The notes under the pieces were generated by a model, which did not search any database, was not told where the DNA came from, and worked only from the letters and a program-made list of their open reading frames with translations. DNA of 64,000 nucleotides from Octopus sinensis (Eukaryota), in the NCBI RefSeq assembly GCF_006345805.1, contig NC_043000.1, forward strand, positions 91,636,001 through 91,700,000, read 5' to 3'. This document shows, piece by piece, positions 26,672 to 39,151 of the stretch. The position numbers were made by a program, and so were the translations under genes. Each line of letters begins with the position of its first letter. Within the stretch, counting starts at the first letter, position 1.

Positions 26672-27223
26672 GCAAAGATCTTTGATAAGAATATTAACAA
26701 CGACATCAAGTCATACAGATCATACTAGTCTCATAACAAATCCACTGAGAAAGAACATTTATATTAATATTAAAACTTGACACGGACCCACCAATTATCA
26801 AAAATATAGTCAACAACATTAGCAGAAGAATTTGTGATCTCTAATAAAGGTATGTTCGAGAAAGAGGGTCCACATCATAATAGTTCGTTAGTAGATAGCA
26901 GTTTCAAAGACAAGGTTAAGTGTGTACATAGAATACTAGGAATTAATCGACGCAATACTAAAGTATAAGTGAGCTGCCCGAGATACCATGCAGTGGTTGC
27001 AAACTTTTTAACCGCACTTTTACTCCTGATTATATCAACGATTGACAAAAAAAGAAATCACGAATGTGATGTTTTCGAATGGGCTGTGTGGTTTTAAATT
27101 TTGCTTCGCAGCCATGTGATTCTTGGTTGATACAGCTGTTAAGAAAATTAATCCTGTATTCTCTACCATGGCCTTGTTTGACCAGTAACGTAGAATTACG
27201 TAAACTGTGTATAGGCTTATCAC

Positions 27224-27277
<54 letters not shown>

Positions 27278-27278
<1 letters not shown>

Positions 27279-27605
27279 ATCACGGTTTCAATTCCCAGAC
27301 CGGGCGTTGTGAGTGTTTATTGAACGAAAACAGCTAAAGCTCCAAGAGGCTCCGGCAGGGTATGGTGGCAAACCCTGCTGTATTCTTTCACCACAACTTT
27401 CTCTGTTTCCGTTGTACCTGTATATCAATGGAACAGCTTGTCACGTATATACCTGTATATAAAAGAGCCACTGTGTCACGCTGAATCTCTCAAGAACTAC
27501 GAGTCTGTGGAGTGTTCAACCACTTGCACGTCAATTTCAGGAGCAGACTGTTCCGTTGATCGGATCAACTGGAACCCTCGTCGTCGTAACCGACGGAATG
27601 CCACG
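27278..27605 (+). mobile_element. SINE family C, 5'-truncated
   Basis: B-box ggtttcaattccc and tail ctgttccgttgatcggatcaactggaaccctcgtcgtcgtaaccgacgga. Confidence 0.8.
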
Positions 27606-27656
27606 CCGATATATGTATGTATGTGTGTGTATATGTATATATATATATATATATAA

Positions 27657-27696
<40 letters not shown>

Positions 27697-27704
27697 TATA
27701 AATA

Positions 27705-27758
<54 letters not shown>

Positions 27759-27765
27759 ATACATA

Positions 27766-27820
<55 letters not shown>

Positions 27821-28229
27821 TATACATACACACACCACACATATATATATATATAATATAAGGATAAAATCTATATAAGAATTTATCAAGTTGCCAGCGT
27901 GAAGAACCAGTTTAGGATGAAAAAATTAATACAAAGTATATAATTTTTCTTTTAAATATAAACACATTAATTATATTAAGGGCTATTACTACACGTAAAC
28001 GCCTCACGCTGTAATGGGACTCTAAAGTAAAACTACTTCAATAAATATTCGGGGCAACGAAAACGGGGGAATGCAACATGGAAGCTACCCTTTAGAAACA
28101 GATTTAGGCGTATACCAATAATGATTTCCTGGTCAGCATGTATAATATGCTCTCCAATCTTCACTCTTACAGCATGGGGCGTTTACTTGTAGAAATAGCT
28201 CTTAATAAAATGTAAGTATATATATATAT

Positions 28230-29000
28230 ACTCTTTTACTTGTTTCAGTCATTTGACTGCGGCCATGCTGGAGCACCGCCTTTAGTCGAGCAACTCGACC
28301 CCGGGACTTATTCTTTGTAAGCCCAGTACTTATTCTATCGGTCTCTTTTGCCGAACCGCTAAGTGACGGGGACATAAACACACCAGCATCGGTTGTCAAG
28401 CACTGTTAGGGGGACAAACACAGACACACAAACACACACGCGCACACACATATATATATACATATATACGACAGGCTTTTTTCAGTTTCCATCTACCAAA
28501 TCCACTCACAAGGCTTTGGTCGACCCGAGGCTATAGTAGAAGACACTTGCCCAAGGTGCTACGCAGTGGGACTGAACCCGGAACCATGTGGTTGGTAAGC
28601 AAGCTACTTATGTGTATACATTATTTTATTCTTTTATTTGCTTCGGTCATCTGATTGCGGCCATGCTGGAACATCGCATCGAAGGGTTTTAGTCGAATAA
28701 ATCGGTCCCAAGACTTAGTTTTGTACATATTCTGTCTTTTTTGCCGAACAGTTAAGTCATGGGGACATAAACACACCAACGCCGGTTGTAAAGTGGTGAT
28801 AGACGAACACACACACACACACACACGCACACACATACACATAAGACGGGTTCTTTCAGTGTCCGTCTACCAAATCCACTCACAAGACTTTAATCTTCCC
28901 GAGGCTATCGTAGAAGACACGTACCCAAGATGCCATGAAGCGGGACTGAACCGGGAACGATGTGGTTCGCAAGCAAGCTACTTACCACACCGCCTCACAT
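28230..29000 (-). mobile_element. Two tandem family A SINEs (28230-28610, 28622-29000)
   Basis: Both match the reverse complement of family A, including the internal microsatellite. Confidence 0.9.
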
Positions 29001-29087
29001 ACGTATGTATATATGCACACACACATATACATACATACATACATACATACACACACACATACATACATACATACATACATACATACA

Positions 29088-29118
<31 letters not shown>

Positions 29119-29254
29119 TTATATGTATAAATTAAATATATATATATAAATATATTGTCAATAAAAAAGGATAAAATTAATTAATTATTAATTAATTCGA
29201 CCGAGCAGTGTTCGGTATGTAAAACGACCATTTACGGTATATTTGAAATATTAC

Positions 29255-29662
29255 TTTATAAAAATAGGGTAAAGTAAAATAATTTACTTTACCACTTTTT
29301 AGAAATAGCAGCCAAAAATTTGGCTATTTCTTCTACTGCAAGACAAGTCTCCCAGACAATGCATAGTCAGAAATAACTCACATAGGTATAAGGGAAAAAC
29401 AACGAAAGATCACATCCATATGAGATCACCCGAGGACAAGCCTGTTTCTGGATTAGTTGACTAAACGCCAACATTTCCTTCATCAGCTCAGATATTTCTT
29501 CTTCGTTGTTTTTCCCTTATACCTATGTGAGTTATTTCTGAGTATGCATTGTCTGGGAGACTTTTCTTGCAGTAGAAGAAATAGCCAAATTTTTGGCTGC
29601 TATTTCTAAAAAGCTCGGTATGTGGTAAAGTAAATTATTTTAATTTACCCTATTTTTATAAA
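29255..29662. repeat. Fold-back element with ~150-bp inverted arms (29255-29407 / 29502-29662) enclosing a hammerhead
   Basis: The arms are near-identical reverse complements (e.g. gaaataactcacataggtataagggaaaaacaacgaa / ttcgttgtttttcccttatacctatgtgagttatttc). The element is flanked by (TA)n. Confidence 0.92.
29427..29494 (-). ncRNA. Type I hammerhead ribozyme, complete core
   Basis: UAUCUGAG-CUGAUGA-A-GGA..GUUGGC(GUUUA)GUCAAC..UCC-A-GAAAC-AGGCUU-GUC-CUCGGGUG. It has an 8-bp stem I, a stem II, a short quasi-palindromic stem III and a GUC triplet. Predicted cleavage is between 29435 and 29434. Confidence 0.8.
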
Positions 29663-29822
29663 ATATATATAAATATATATATACATACATAATAATATAT
29701 ATATATATATATATGGCCTGCTCGCTTAGCCAGCGGGGTGGCGTCATTCGAAGGCTAAAACAAGCGAACGCATTGTGACCACGATGTGTAACAACATCAG
29801 ATGGTCTGGTCGGTTCACGTGA

Positions 29823-29875
<53 letters not shown>

Positions 29876-29999
29876 GCGTATATGTATATATTAATACATA
29901 CACATATATATATTGACGTCATAATCATTTAGAAATTTCGAGAGAACGGAAAATAATTCTTTGCTAGAAGTGTGAAATTCGTAGTAGATAAAAGCAATA

Positions 30000-30410
30000 A
30001 ATAATGGTTTCAAAATTTGCCACAAGGCCAGCAATTCTGGGGTCGGTGGAAAGTAGATTACATCGATCCCAGAGTTCAACTGGTACTTATTTTAAAGACC
30101 GCAAAACGATCACAGGCAAAGTCGACCTCGTTGGCATTTAAAATCAGGACAGAAAGAATAGCGAAATACCGCTAAGCATTTTGCCCGGTGTATTAACAGT
30201 TCTGCCAGCTCACCGTATTAATAAAGCTATGAATAATTAAAATTTTGCCACATGGCCAGCAGTTTTTGGAGGAGGCGATGAGTCGATTATATTGACCCCA
30301 GTGTTCAGCTGGTAATTATTTTATCGGCCCTGAAATGATGAAAGTAAAGTCGACTTCGGCGGAATTTGAACTCAGAACGGCGCGTTAACGATTCTGCCAG
30401 CTCGTGCCTT
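30000..30410 (-). mobile_element. Two family B SINE copies (short-tail variant)
   Basis: Plus strand shows ctggtacttatttta...aaagtcgacctcg...ttctgccagctc twice. Confidence 0.8.
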
Positions 30411-30461
30411 AATAATGATGATGATGATAATGCTGCTGCTGCTGATGATGATGATGATAAC

Positions 30462-30506
<45 letters not shown>

Positions 30507-30530
30507 TTTATTATTATTATTATTATTACA

Positions 30531-31017
30531 ACCACAAACCTGAAGGCATCGTCGAAAATAGAAATGTAAAGATCCTATGGGATTTTATGATTCAGTGCGA
30601 CAATGTGATAGAGAATAGGAAGCCAGACATAGTCTTAATTGAGAAAGAAAACAAACTATGCTGGATCATAGATATAGCATGCCCAGCTGAGAACAAGGTA
30701 TGCGATAAGGAAGAAAGAAAAGTTGAGAGACATGACAGGTTAGCTTGGGAAGTTAAGCAGTTGTGGTCGATGATAAAGGTAGCAGTTGTACCAATAATTG
30801 TCAGAGCCCTGGAACAGTGAGCAAAAATCTCGAGAAGTACGTGAAACAAATAGGGCTGCAATAAGGGTGGAGTTCTTGCAGAAAACAGTACTGCTTGGAA
30901 CCGCTCGAATACTCCGGAAGGTGCTCGAAAAATAAAAGGTGTTACCTTAGATCACTGGTAGTGAACAGCTGACACTGTTGTATATCTCCAGTGTTAGAAG
31001 AAGCTGTGCAAAGGCAA
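30531..31017 (+). mobile_element. 3' end of an RLE-type non-LTR retrotransposon (R4/Dong-like) in (AAT)n
   Basis: KILWDFMIQCDNVIENRKPDIVLIEKENKLCWIIDIACP...K.E..RLAWEVKQLW...VVPIIV...LQKTVLLGTARILRKVLEK*, a PD-(D/E)xK restriction-like endonuclease. It is flanked by TAA repeats. Confidence 0.88.
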
Positions 31018-31118
31018 TGATAATGATAACAATAGTAATAATAATAATAATAATAATGATGATGATGATGATGATGATGATAAATAATATAATAAAATAA
31101 TAATAATAATAAATACTA

Positions 31119-31150
<32 letters not shown>

Positions 31151-31699
31151 ATGCCCTGATGCAGCCAGGCAGTGGCTCTCATGGCTTCTGCTTAACTGAT
31201 TGGAAAGTGTTTTATCATGTACATTGTTTTGTCTTGGTATAAAAGATGGGCTACAGCAAATATTCTGCTCAATACACAGATTTGCTTGTCAGTTGTTGAC
31301 CTTAAACAGTTGAGCATGTCCCTAGTGGTGACGATATGTGCATCTCTGATCACGAGCAGAAGTAGTGGGGGAGCATCATAGCCATGTGTTGAGAGGGATT
31401 TGGGGGTTTGAATAATTCACCTCTGGAAACATGGGTGGTTCTTCAACATCCTTAAACAACCCTTATTCAGGGACCTTTTGAGCGGGATGGGCTACTCAAC
31501 CTGAAGAAAATTCTAACTGGGCCCCACCTGCAAGGTCATGTGCTGTTTATCTTGATATGAGATCACCATGTCGCGCTCACATGGTTGTGATGCGTGTGCT
31601 TGGTGTACCCTTATCAGACGGGTAGTCATGATGGGTATATTGGGCTTCGTATATTTTACCCCAGTGTCACTTTGATGGCATGCACTGCTCTCTCACTCA
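31151..31699 (+). mobile_element. ~550-bp non-coding interspersed element flanked by (AAT)n (copy 1)
   Basis: A near-identical reverse-complement copy lies at 61846-62392. Both end in ...ctctctcactc(aat)n. Confidence 0.9.
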
Positions 31700-32693
31700 A
31701 TAATAATAATAATAATAATAATAATATTAACAGCATGTAAATATTGGGTTGTAAAAATTTTTGGATTAAAAATGTTGAAGGCTGCCTATGGGATTCAAAA
31801 TCCCATCTTCTATAGATATGAGATATGAGATATTCGTTTTAGAGTCTTTATTCTTACCAGCGCGAATTGTATGTTGTTGGCGAGATGAAAACGTTAAATA
31901 AATAATTATTCGAAATTCTGACTTTCTCCTTTGACTTATATAAAATTTGTATATCCCTTTAAACAATTTCAAAGAATAGTGCATAGACACACATAAATAT
32001 ATATTTATGTATATATGTGTGTGCTTGTGCGCGCGTTCGCGCGCGTGTGTATACGCATCCATTTCCAAGTTTGTCGTCACCTTTTTGATGACTCGACTCT
32101 ATACTCTTTTCTTCCTTCATCCGTCTCTAATTCCCTTTTCTCCCCTCCCTCTTTCACCATTTTCTATCTCTCTCTCCTCCTCTTTCTCTATTCCCTCTTA
32201 CGTTGCTCAAACATAACCATCATCCATCTTTCTTTTCCTCACGTGACAATCTTTCTTTTCCTGTACAGACGTTCAAAGGACTGGACTTTTTCTCTCTCTC
32301 TCTTCTATCTGTTCTCTTTTCAAAGAAAATATTTCTCCCAGCACTCACTATTTTCCTCTCGTTCTGGTCTAACGACCCTCCATATTTGTTTTCATTTGGT
32401 TTCCTTATATGTCTCCACTGTCCTGTTTTTGTTCCCAACTTTGACCCTCCATAAATCCTAAATTTTATTTTAGAATTTATGGGAGCAACTGACTTTGAAG
32501 ACTCAAATTGTCGTCGAATGATCGAAATTAGGAGTAGATAGGAAGTCAACAACTGATGAAGGGTCCTTTCTCAGTGTTTCCATTTGTTTCTCTCGTAGTT
32601 TACGTATTTAACTCGTTTGTCTACGTATTTCATGTTGTTTACTCAGTTGGTGACGTCCTGTACCTATATATATATATATTATTATTATTATTA

Positions 32694-32743
<50 letters not shown>

Positions 32744-32744
<1 letters not shown>

Positions 32745-32998
32745 AGTACAATCTTCACTAAAGTCACTAAGCGTGCACGTCAGCACCAGCATCGCTAGAA
32801 ATAAGAGTCAAAGCAACTCTTAACCACGGGCAAGTGCTTATCTAATGACTGACGCTATCTCACTTGTTGTAGGGAGCTTGTCTCCCTTGTTAGTCATTAG
32901 ATAAGCGCTTGCTCGAGTCTAAAAGTTGTTTTGACTCCTATTTCTAGCAATGCTGGTGATGAGTTGCACACTTAGTCACTTTAGTGAAAATTGTACTT
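32744..32998. repeat. Fold-back element with ~110-bp imperfect arms between TAT/ATA microsatellites
   Basis: aagtacaatcttcactaaagtcactaag...cttatctaatgact pairs with agtcattagataag...cttagtcactttagtgaaaattgtactt. Confidence 0.85.
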
Positions 32999-33076
32999 GT
33001 GCTTTTGGCTGCAAAATGCTAATAGCTACCTTAATGCTGATGATGATGATGATGATAATATAATAATAATAATAAC

Positions 33077-33110
<34 letters not shown>

Positions 33111-33221
33111 TAATAATAACAATAATAATAATATAATAATATTCATAATAATATAATAATAATAATAATAATCATAATAATAATAATTATGATAATAACA
33201 ACAACAGCGATATATATATAT

Positions 33222-33270
<49 letters not shown>

Positions 33271-33404
33271 GTATGTATTTATGTATGTATGTATGTTTGT
33301 ATGTATGTATGTATGGTTGAAATGTATGGTAAAATAAAAGACGATGACAGGTGTATGAGCAACAAGCAGGTGTATTAGTTTGACGCTCGGGAAAAGGAAG
33401 AAGA

Positions 33405-33440
33405 CTTTTATGTTTCCCGCCTACGCTCTTCAACAGAAAG
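33405..33440 (-). ncRNA. Decayed minimal hammerhead-like motif, U6 family (element ~33312-33505)
   Basis: CUUU-CUGUUGA-AGAGCGUAGGCGG-GAAAC-AUA-AAAG. Same element family as 20120 and 54133. Confidence 0.55.
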
Positions 33441-33959
33441 GCGTAAGAGAAAATAAACAGAGAAAATGAAAAAAACCTGTAGATTTAGAGGTCGAGCATG
33501 GCGGTATATGAGGAAGCTATAAGCTTTAGATGATGTAGCTCCAATATTAACTGACTCAGATCCTATCAAACTACTCAACTCGTGCCTACATAGAGAACAG
33601 ACGTAAAATGATGACAATATATGTAGTTATATACATTTCTATGTATGATTGGATTGAATATATGCATATAGATGTGTATAAAGATATGTATGTAGATGTA
33701 TATGAATAGTTATACATTCGTCCATGTAGCGAATAATGTCGCCATCGACGAAAATTTGGTGCGTTTCGAACGGCGTCCTTTGCAATATTTGTTCTGCACC
33801 GGGTTACAAACACTCTGGATAAGTGAGGATTTAGCATATTGTGAATGTGTAGCCCAGGTCACTGTTGCCCACCAATTCTCAAGGCATGAGTTGTATAAAC
33901 AAAGTAAGATTTTATCATCAGTTGTAAAAAGAAACGAAAGACGTTCATCCTTCATGTTT

Positions 33960-34350
33960 ATCACCACCACCACCACCACCACCCCACCATCATCATCATC
34001 ATCATCATCATCATCATTATCATCGCCGTCATCATTACAATCATCATCATCTTCAGCATCACTCCTACCACCAACATTATCATCTGCAATACAACCAACA
34101 TCGTCACCGTCGTCATTATCGTCATCATCATACTCATCGTCGTCGTCGTCGTCGTCATCGTCGTAGTCGTTATCGTCGTCGTCGTAGTCGTCGTCATCAT
34201 CATCATCATCATCTTCAACAATCATCTTCCCATTCATCTTCATTACCATCATACCTAACATCATTGTCATCTTTATCGTCATTGTCGGCAACATCATCAT
34301 CATCGTTTTCGTCGTCGTCGTCGTTGTTAATGTCGTCGTCGTCGTCCTCG

Positions 34351-34392
<42 letters not shown>

Positions 34393-34400
34393 ACAGCAAC
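33960..34400. repeat. Compound trinucleotide microsatellite (CAC/CAT/CGT)n
   Basis: Direct inspection. It explains the poly-D/poly-S/poly-M ORFs. Confidence 0.95.
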
Positions 34401-34620
34401 TTTCGCTTTTCAACGTTGCAATCTAAAACAAGGATCGATTTAATGGAATATCTCCTTGCCTGAGATTTGTGGGTCTATGCTCGAGTCAGAAACGATTTTC
34501 CACATTATGATGAACAGAATGGTAGAGAAAATGGTGACGACAACGAAGATGATGACAGAGACAAAGGCTATGACAACGGCACCATTGTCTGACAGTTAGT
34601 TGTGGTGTGAAAAATGAGAG

Positions 34621-34690
34621 GAAAAGTCCTCAGGTTTCTAAGAACTCTCTGGCATTAGCCAGAGGGTTCTTACGAAACTGAGGACTTTCC
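34621..34690. repeat. Short palindrome (~33-bp arms), probable MITE core
   Basis: gaaaagtcctcaggtttctaagaactctctggc-atta-gccagagggttcttacgaaactgaggacttt. Confidence 0.8.
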
Positions 34691-34786
34691 TACAAAACCA
34701 GAAGACTGGAATGTCTAACCTTTGCGTCTGCATTCTCTGGTCCGTTAATCAATCCAAAACCCCTACACACGAATACTTACCGTCCC

Positions 34787-35105
34787 TTCTTCTTCTTCTT
34801 CTTCTCTTCTTCTTCTTCTTCTTCTTCTTCTTCTTCTTCTTCTTCTTTTCTTCTTTATTCTTCGTCTCTTCTTCTTAGTCTTCTTCTTCTTCGTCTTCTT
34901 CTCTTCTTATTCTTCTTACTTATTCTTCTTCTTCTTCTTCTTCGTCTTCTCTTCTCTCATCTACCTTCCTTTTTGCTTCTGCTTTTTCTCTTCCTCCTCT
35001 TCTTGTTGTTCTTGATCTTGTTCTTGTTCTTGTTCTTGTTCTTGTTCTTGTTCTTGTTCTTGTTCTTGTTCTTCTTCTTCTTCTTCTTCTTCTTCTTCTT
35101 CTTCT
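34787..35105. repeat. (CTT)n / (CTTGTT)n polypyrimidine microsatellite
   Basis: Direct inspection. Confidence 0.95.
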
Positions 35106-35384
35106 CCATCTCCTCTATCTCCTTCTTCATTCCCTCCACCTGTTCCATCCCATTCTTCTCTTCCTCTCACCCCCTCTGTCTCTCTCTCTTCTTTGTCTTT
35201 TTATCTCTGTATCTTCCCTTCCTAATCCCCTTTTCTTTCGACCATCTATCCGTTTTCGTCTCCCCTCACTCAACCCTTTCTCATACTTTATTTTAAAAAA
35301 ATCTTTATTTGTATCTTCATCGCTTTGTACATCTCTCTCATCCTTTCTCTCTTTCTTTCTCTCTCTCCATCACACACACATACA

Positions 35385-35469
<85 letters not shown>

Positions 35470-35492
35470 GTCTATCTATCTATCAGCTTATC

Positions 35493-35525
<33 letters not shown>

Positions 35526-35624
35526 GACTAATCCATCCATCCATCCGTCCGTCCGTCCGTCCGTCCGTCCATCCATCCATCCATCCATCCATCCATCCAG
35601 CCAGCCAGCCAGCCAGCCATCCAC

Positions 35625-35687
<63 letters not shown>

Positions 35688-35835
35688 CCTACCTACCTAC
35701 CTCCCTACCTACCTAACTACCTATCTATCGATCTATCTATCTGACTATCTAGCTATCGATCTATTTACTCAAACATACTCTCACAAACCGACCCACCCAC
35801 ACACACACACGTACACACACACAAACACTCAAACT

Positions 35836-35867
<32 letters not shown>

Positions 35868-36020
35868 TTCTGATACCATCTTTCTGTTATTCAATCCACT
35901 TTTTAGATCTCTTTGCAGCCTCCCCTCCATCCATCCATCCATCCATCCATCCATCCACCCATCCATCCATCCATCCATCCATCCATCCATCCATCCATCC
36001 ATCCATCCGTCCGTCCGTCT
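35385..36020. repeat. Compound tetranucleotide microsatellite (TCTA, TCCA, TCCG, GCCA, CCTA)
   Basis: Direct inspection. Confidence 0.95.
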
Positions 36021-36477
36021 GTATCACTCCTTTTCTTTCTTTTTGTCTTTGTTTCTTTCATGTCCGTTTGTCTTACCTGTCTGCCTCACTGCGCGTCTTA
36101 CTGACATTCCGTCCATTGATTCTATGTCTCCATACAAATTTTGTTTTCCTGTCTGTTGATCCATCTTTATGTCCAGTCATTTCTATCTCTTTTTCTCTCT
36201 TTCTTCTCTTCCCTCTTTGTGTGTGCATTTGTGCGTGTGTTTTTCTGTGTGTGTGCGTGCGTGTGTGTGTGTGTGGTGTGTGTGTGTGTGTGTGTGTGCG
36301 TGTGTGTGCGTGCGTGCGTGTGTGTGTGGTGTGTGTGTGTGTATGCGTGTGTCAGCGTCCGAATGTCCATCGTGCTATTTATATTCCTGTGTCATTTTGA
36401 AGAAAACTAGTGAAGCAAATTATATTGTTTCGTAGGAAGTGAAATAGCAGAATTTGAGAGGAAAGGGTTTAGAGAAA

Positions 36478-36534
<57 letters not shown>

Positions 36535-36869
36535 CTGAAAGAGAGGGGAAAAGGGTTAAGTCAGCAAGAGGGAAACTGTAAAGCAAATAAAACAAACAAA
36601 AAATAGAAAACAAAAAGGAAAGAATGACAAAAAAAACCTTCCATGACTGAAAATTATGGAAAGTATCGGCTCAGATGTAAGCAGCATTCCATGGAATGAA
36701 GTGTGTATGCATACGTGTGTCCACGTGTGTATGTGTGTGTGTGTGTTTGTATGCATGTGTGTGTGTGCATGTGTATATGCTGGCGCGCGTGTGTATGTGA
36801 GCATATCCCAAGTTGTATCTATATAAGCAAACATGTGTGTGTGTATATGTGATCGTGTCTTTTCATTTT

Positions 36870-37932
36870 TTTTCCTTTTATTTGTTTCAGTTGTTTGATT
36901 GCGGCCATGCTGGAGCATCACCTTTAGTCGAACAAATCGACCCCAGGGCTTATTCTTTGTAAGCCTAGTACTTATTCTATCGGTCTCTTGGGGCCGAACC
37001 ACCAGGTTACGGGGACGTAAACACACTATCATCGGTTGTCAAGCGATGAGGGAAACATAGACACATAAACATACACACACACATAAATATATATGTATAT
37101 ATATACGACGGCCTTCTTTCAGTTTCCGTCTACCAAATCATAAGGCTTTAGGCGGCCCAAAGCTATAATAGAAGACACTTGCCCAATGTGCCACGCTGTG
37201 GGACTGAACGCAGGGACATGTGGTTGGGAAGCAAGCTACTTACAACACAGCCACTCCTCTGTATATATTATTGTATTCTTTTCCTTGTTTCAGTCATTCG
37301 ACTGCGGCCATGCTGGAACACCGCCTTAAAGTGTTTTTGTTGAACAATTCAACCACAGGACTTATTTTCAAACCCTGTACTTATTCTATATGCCACGCCT
37401 ATACAATTAAATATTTTGTACTAATTTTTACCAAAATGGTTTTTATATGCAAGCTACTTGATAAAATCCTATATAGATTTTTATCCTTGACTGTGTGGAA
37501 AGTAGCTTGCTTACCGACCACATGGTTCCGAGTTCAGTCTCAGTCCTACCGCGTGGTACCTTGAGCAAGTGTCTTCTACTATAGCCTCGGGCCGACCAAA
37601 GCCTTGTGGGTGAATATATATACACACACACACACACATGTATATTTGTGTTTGTATCTGTATTTGTTAACCCCCCCCCCGCCCATCGCTTGACAACCAA
37701 TATTGGTGTGTTTAATTCCTCGAAACTTAGTGGTTCGGCGTATGTATTCCCCAACTGGACGGGACGGGACGTCCATTGCAGCGTTACTCATTTTTGCCAG
37801 CTGAGTGGGCTAGAGCAACGTGAAATGAAGTGTTTTGCTCAAAAACACAACGCGTCGCCCGGTCCAGGAATCGAAACCACAAACTTACGATCATGATGCT
37901 GACACCCTAAACACTAAGCCACGCGCCTCCAC
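36870..37932. mobile_element. SINE cluster: family A (-, 36870-37259), A tail (-, 37275-37390), A (+, 37490-37740), family C (-, 37750-37932)
   Basis: Each piece aligns by eye to the family A or C sequences elsewhere in the window. Confidence 0.85.
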
Positions 37933-38822
37933 TGAAACTATATATATATATATAGTTAAATAATACACAGGTAAAAAAACATCTTGTATATGCTATGCAA
38001 AACTCATCCACAGTTATTGGCTATCTGCTGTCACCATACAGTGGATATACGAAAGGAATTCAATAGTATCCGTGGAGACGCGTGGTTTAACGGTTACAGT
38101 GTTGGACTCATGATCAGATTGTGGTTTCGATTCCTAGACCGGGTGACGCGTTGTATTCTTGATATCATGTTGCTCCAGTCCACTCGGGGTGATAAAAATA
38201 AGTAATTCTGTGACGGAATGTTATTTATTCATTGCTGTTAATAAAATGTTAACATTTACTCTGTTACTTCTGTGAGCCTTAAGAGTATCGCCGTCATATG
38301 ATATGAGAATAACAGCAAAATTCAGATTAAAATAGACTGTAACAATAACACTGCAATATATATATATATATATAAACACATACATACATATACATACATA
38401 CATACATACATACACACATACATGCATACATACATACATATATATGTATAAAAATACAAAATGGGACAGGAACGCAAAACATTCAAATAGACGATGCAAA
38501 AAACGGACGGGTCATTCGAAGCCTTTAATCTTCAGTCAAGAACCGGATCATCCTCGCAATTTCGGCTGATTAATCTTGAGATTGCTCCGATCTGGCCAGC
38601 CCCAAGGAAAAACTAAGCTACGAGCATTAGATTTCCTGGAAGAAGGATCGAATGTATATGAAACAAGGACAGAAAAACGGACGATGTTACACGAATATAA
38701 ATACAAAAAACAAAAAGTAATACGAATATAAATACAAATACAATAATAATAATAATAACAGGACAAAAACAACAGACGTCTTTCGACTTAGACATTCAAC
38801 TTAACTGGCGTATTTGAATATA

Positions 38823-38874
<52 letters not shown>

Positions 38875-38952
38875 GTGTGTGTTGTGTACATCTATATCTA
38901 GCTATCTGTCTATCTATCTATCTATCTCTCTCTATCTACTATCTATCTATCT

Positions 38953-39000
<48 letters not shown>

Positions 39001-39120
39001 ACTAATTGTGTATATATATATGTTATATATATTACATATATTATATATATGATTCAATCCATCTATCCATATTTACACACATACATACACATACACACAT
39101 ACAGACACACACACATACAG

Positions 39121-39151
<31 letters not shown>

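Larger units (their letters stand above)
24230..26950 (+). mobile_element. Old Penelope-like RT remnant split by a SINE array and a maT transposon
   Basis: Positions 24445-24900 decay-translate to VKDHK..NP...ISTTKTRIGLVSENVPDKINDSL...NNNTIISWLNNINIKQDFKF. Positions 26755-26930 give YINIK...PPIIKNIVNNISRRICDL..NKGMFEKEGPHHNSSLVDSSFKDKV. Both resemble PLE RT regions. Confidence 0.7.

Noticed and set aside
33710-34399. 229-aa acidic ORF resembling an Asp-rich biomineral protein
   Set aside because: It is a compound trinucleotide microsatellite open in several frames, with no signal peptide or domain.
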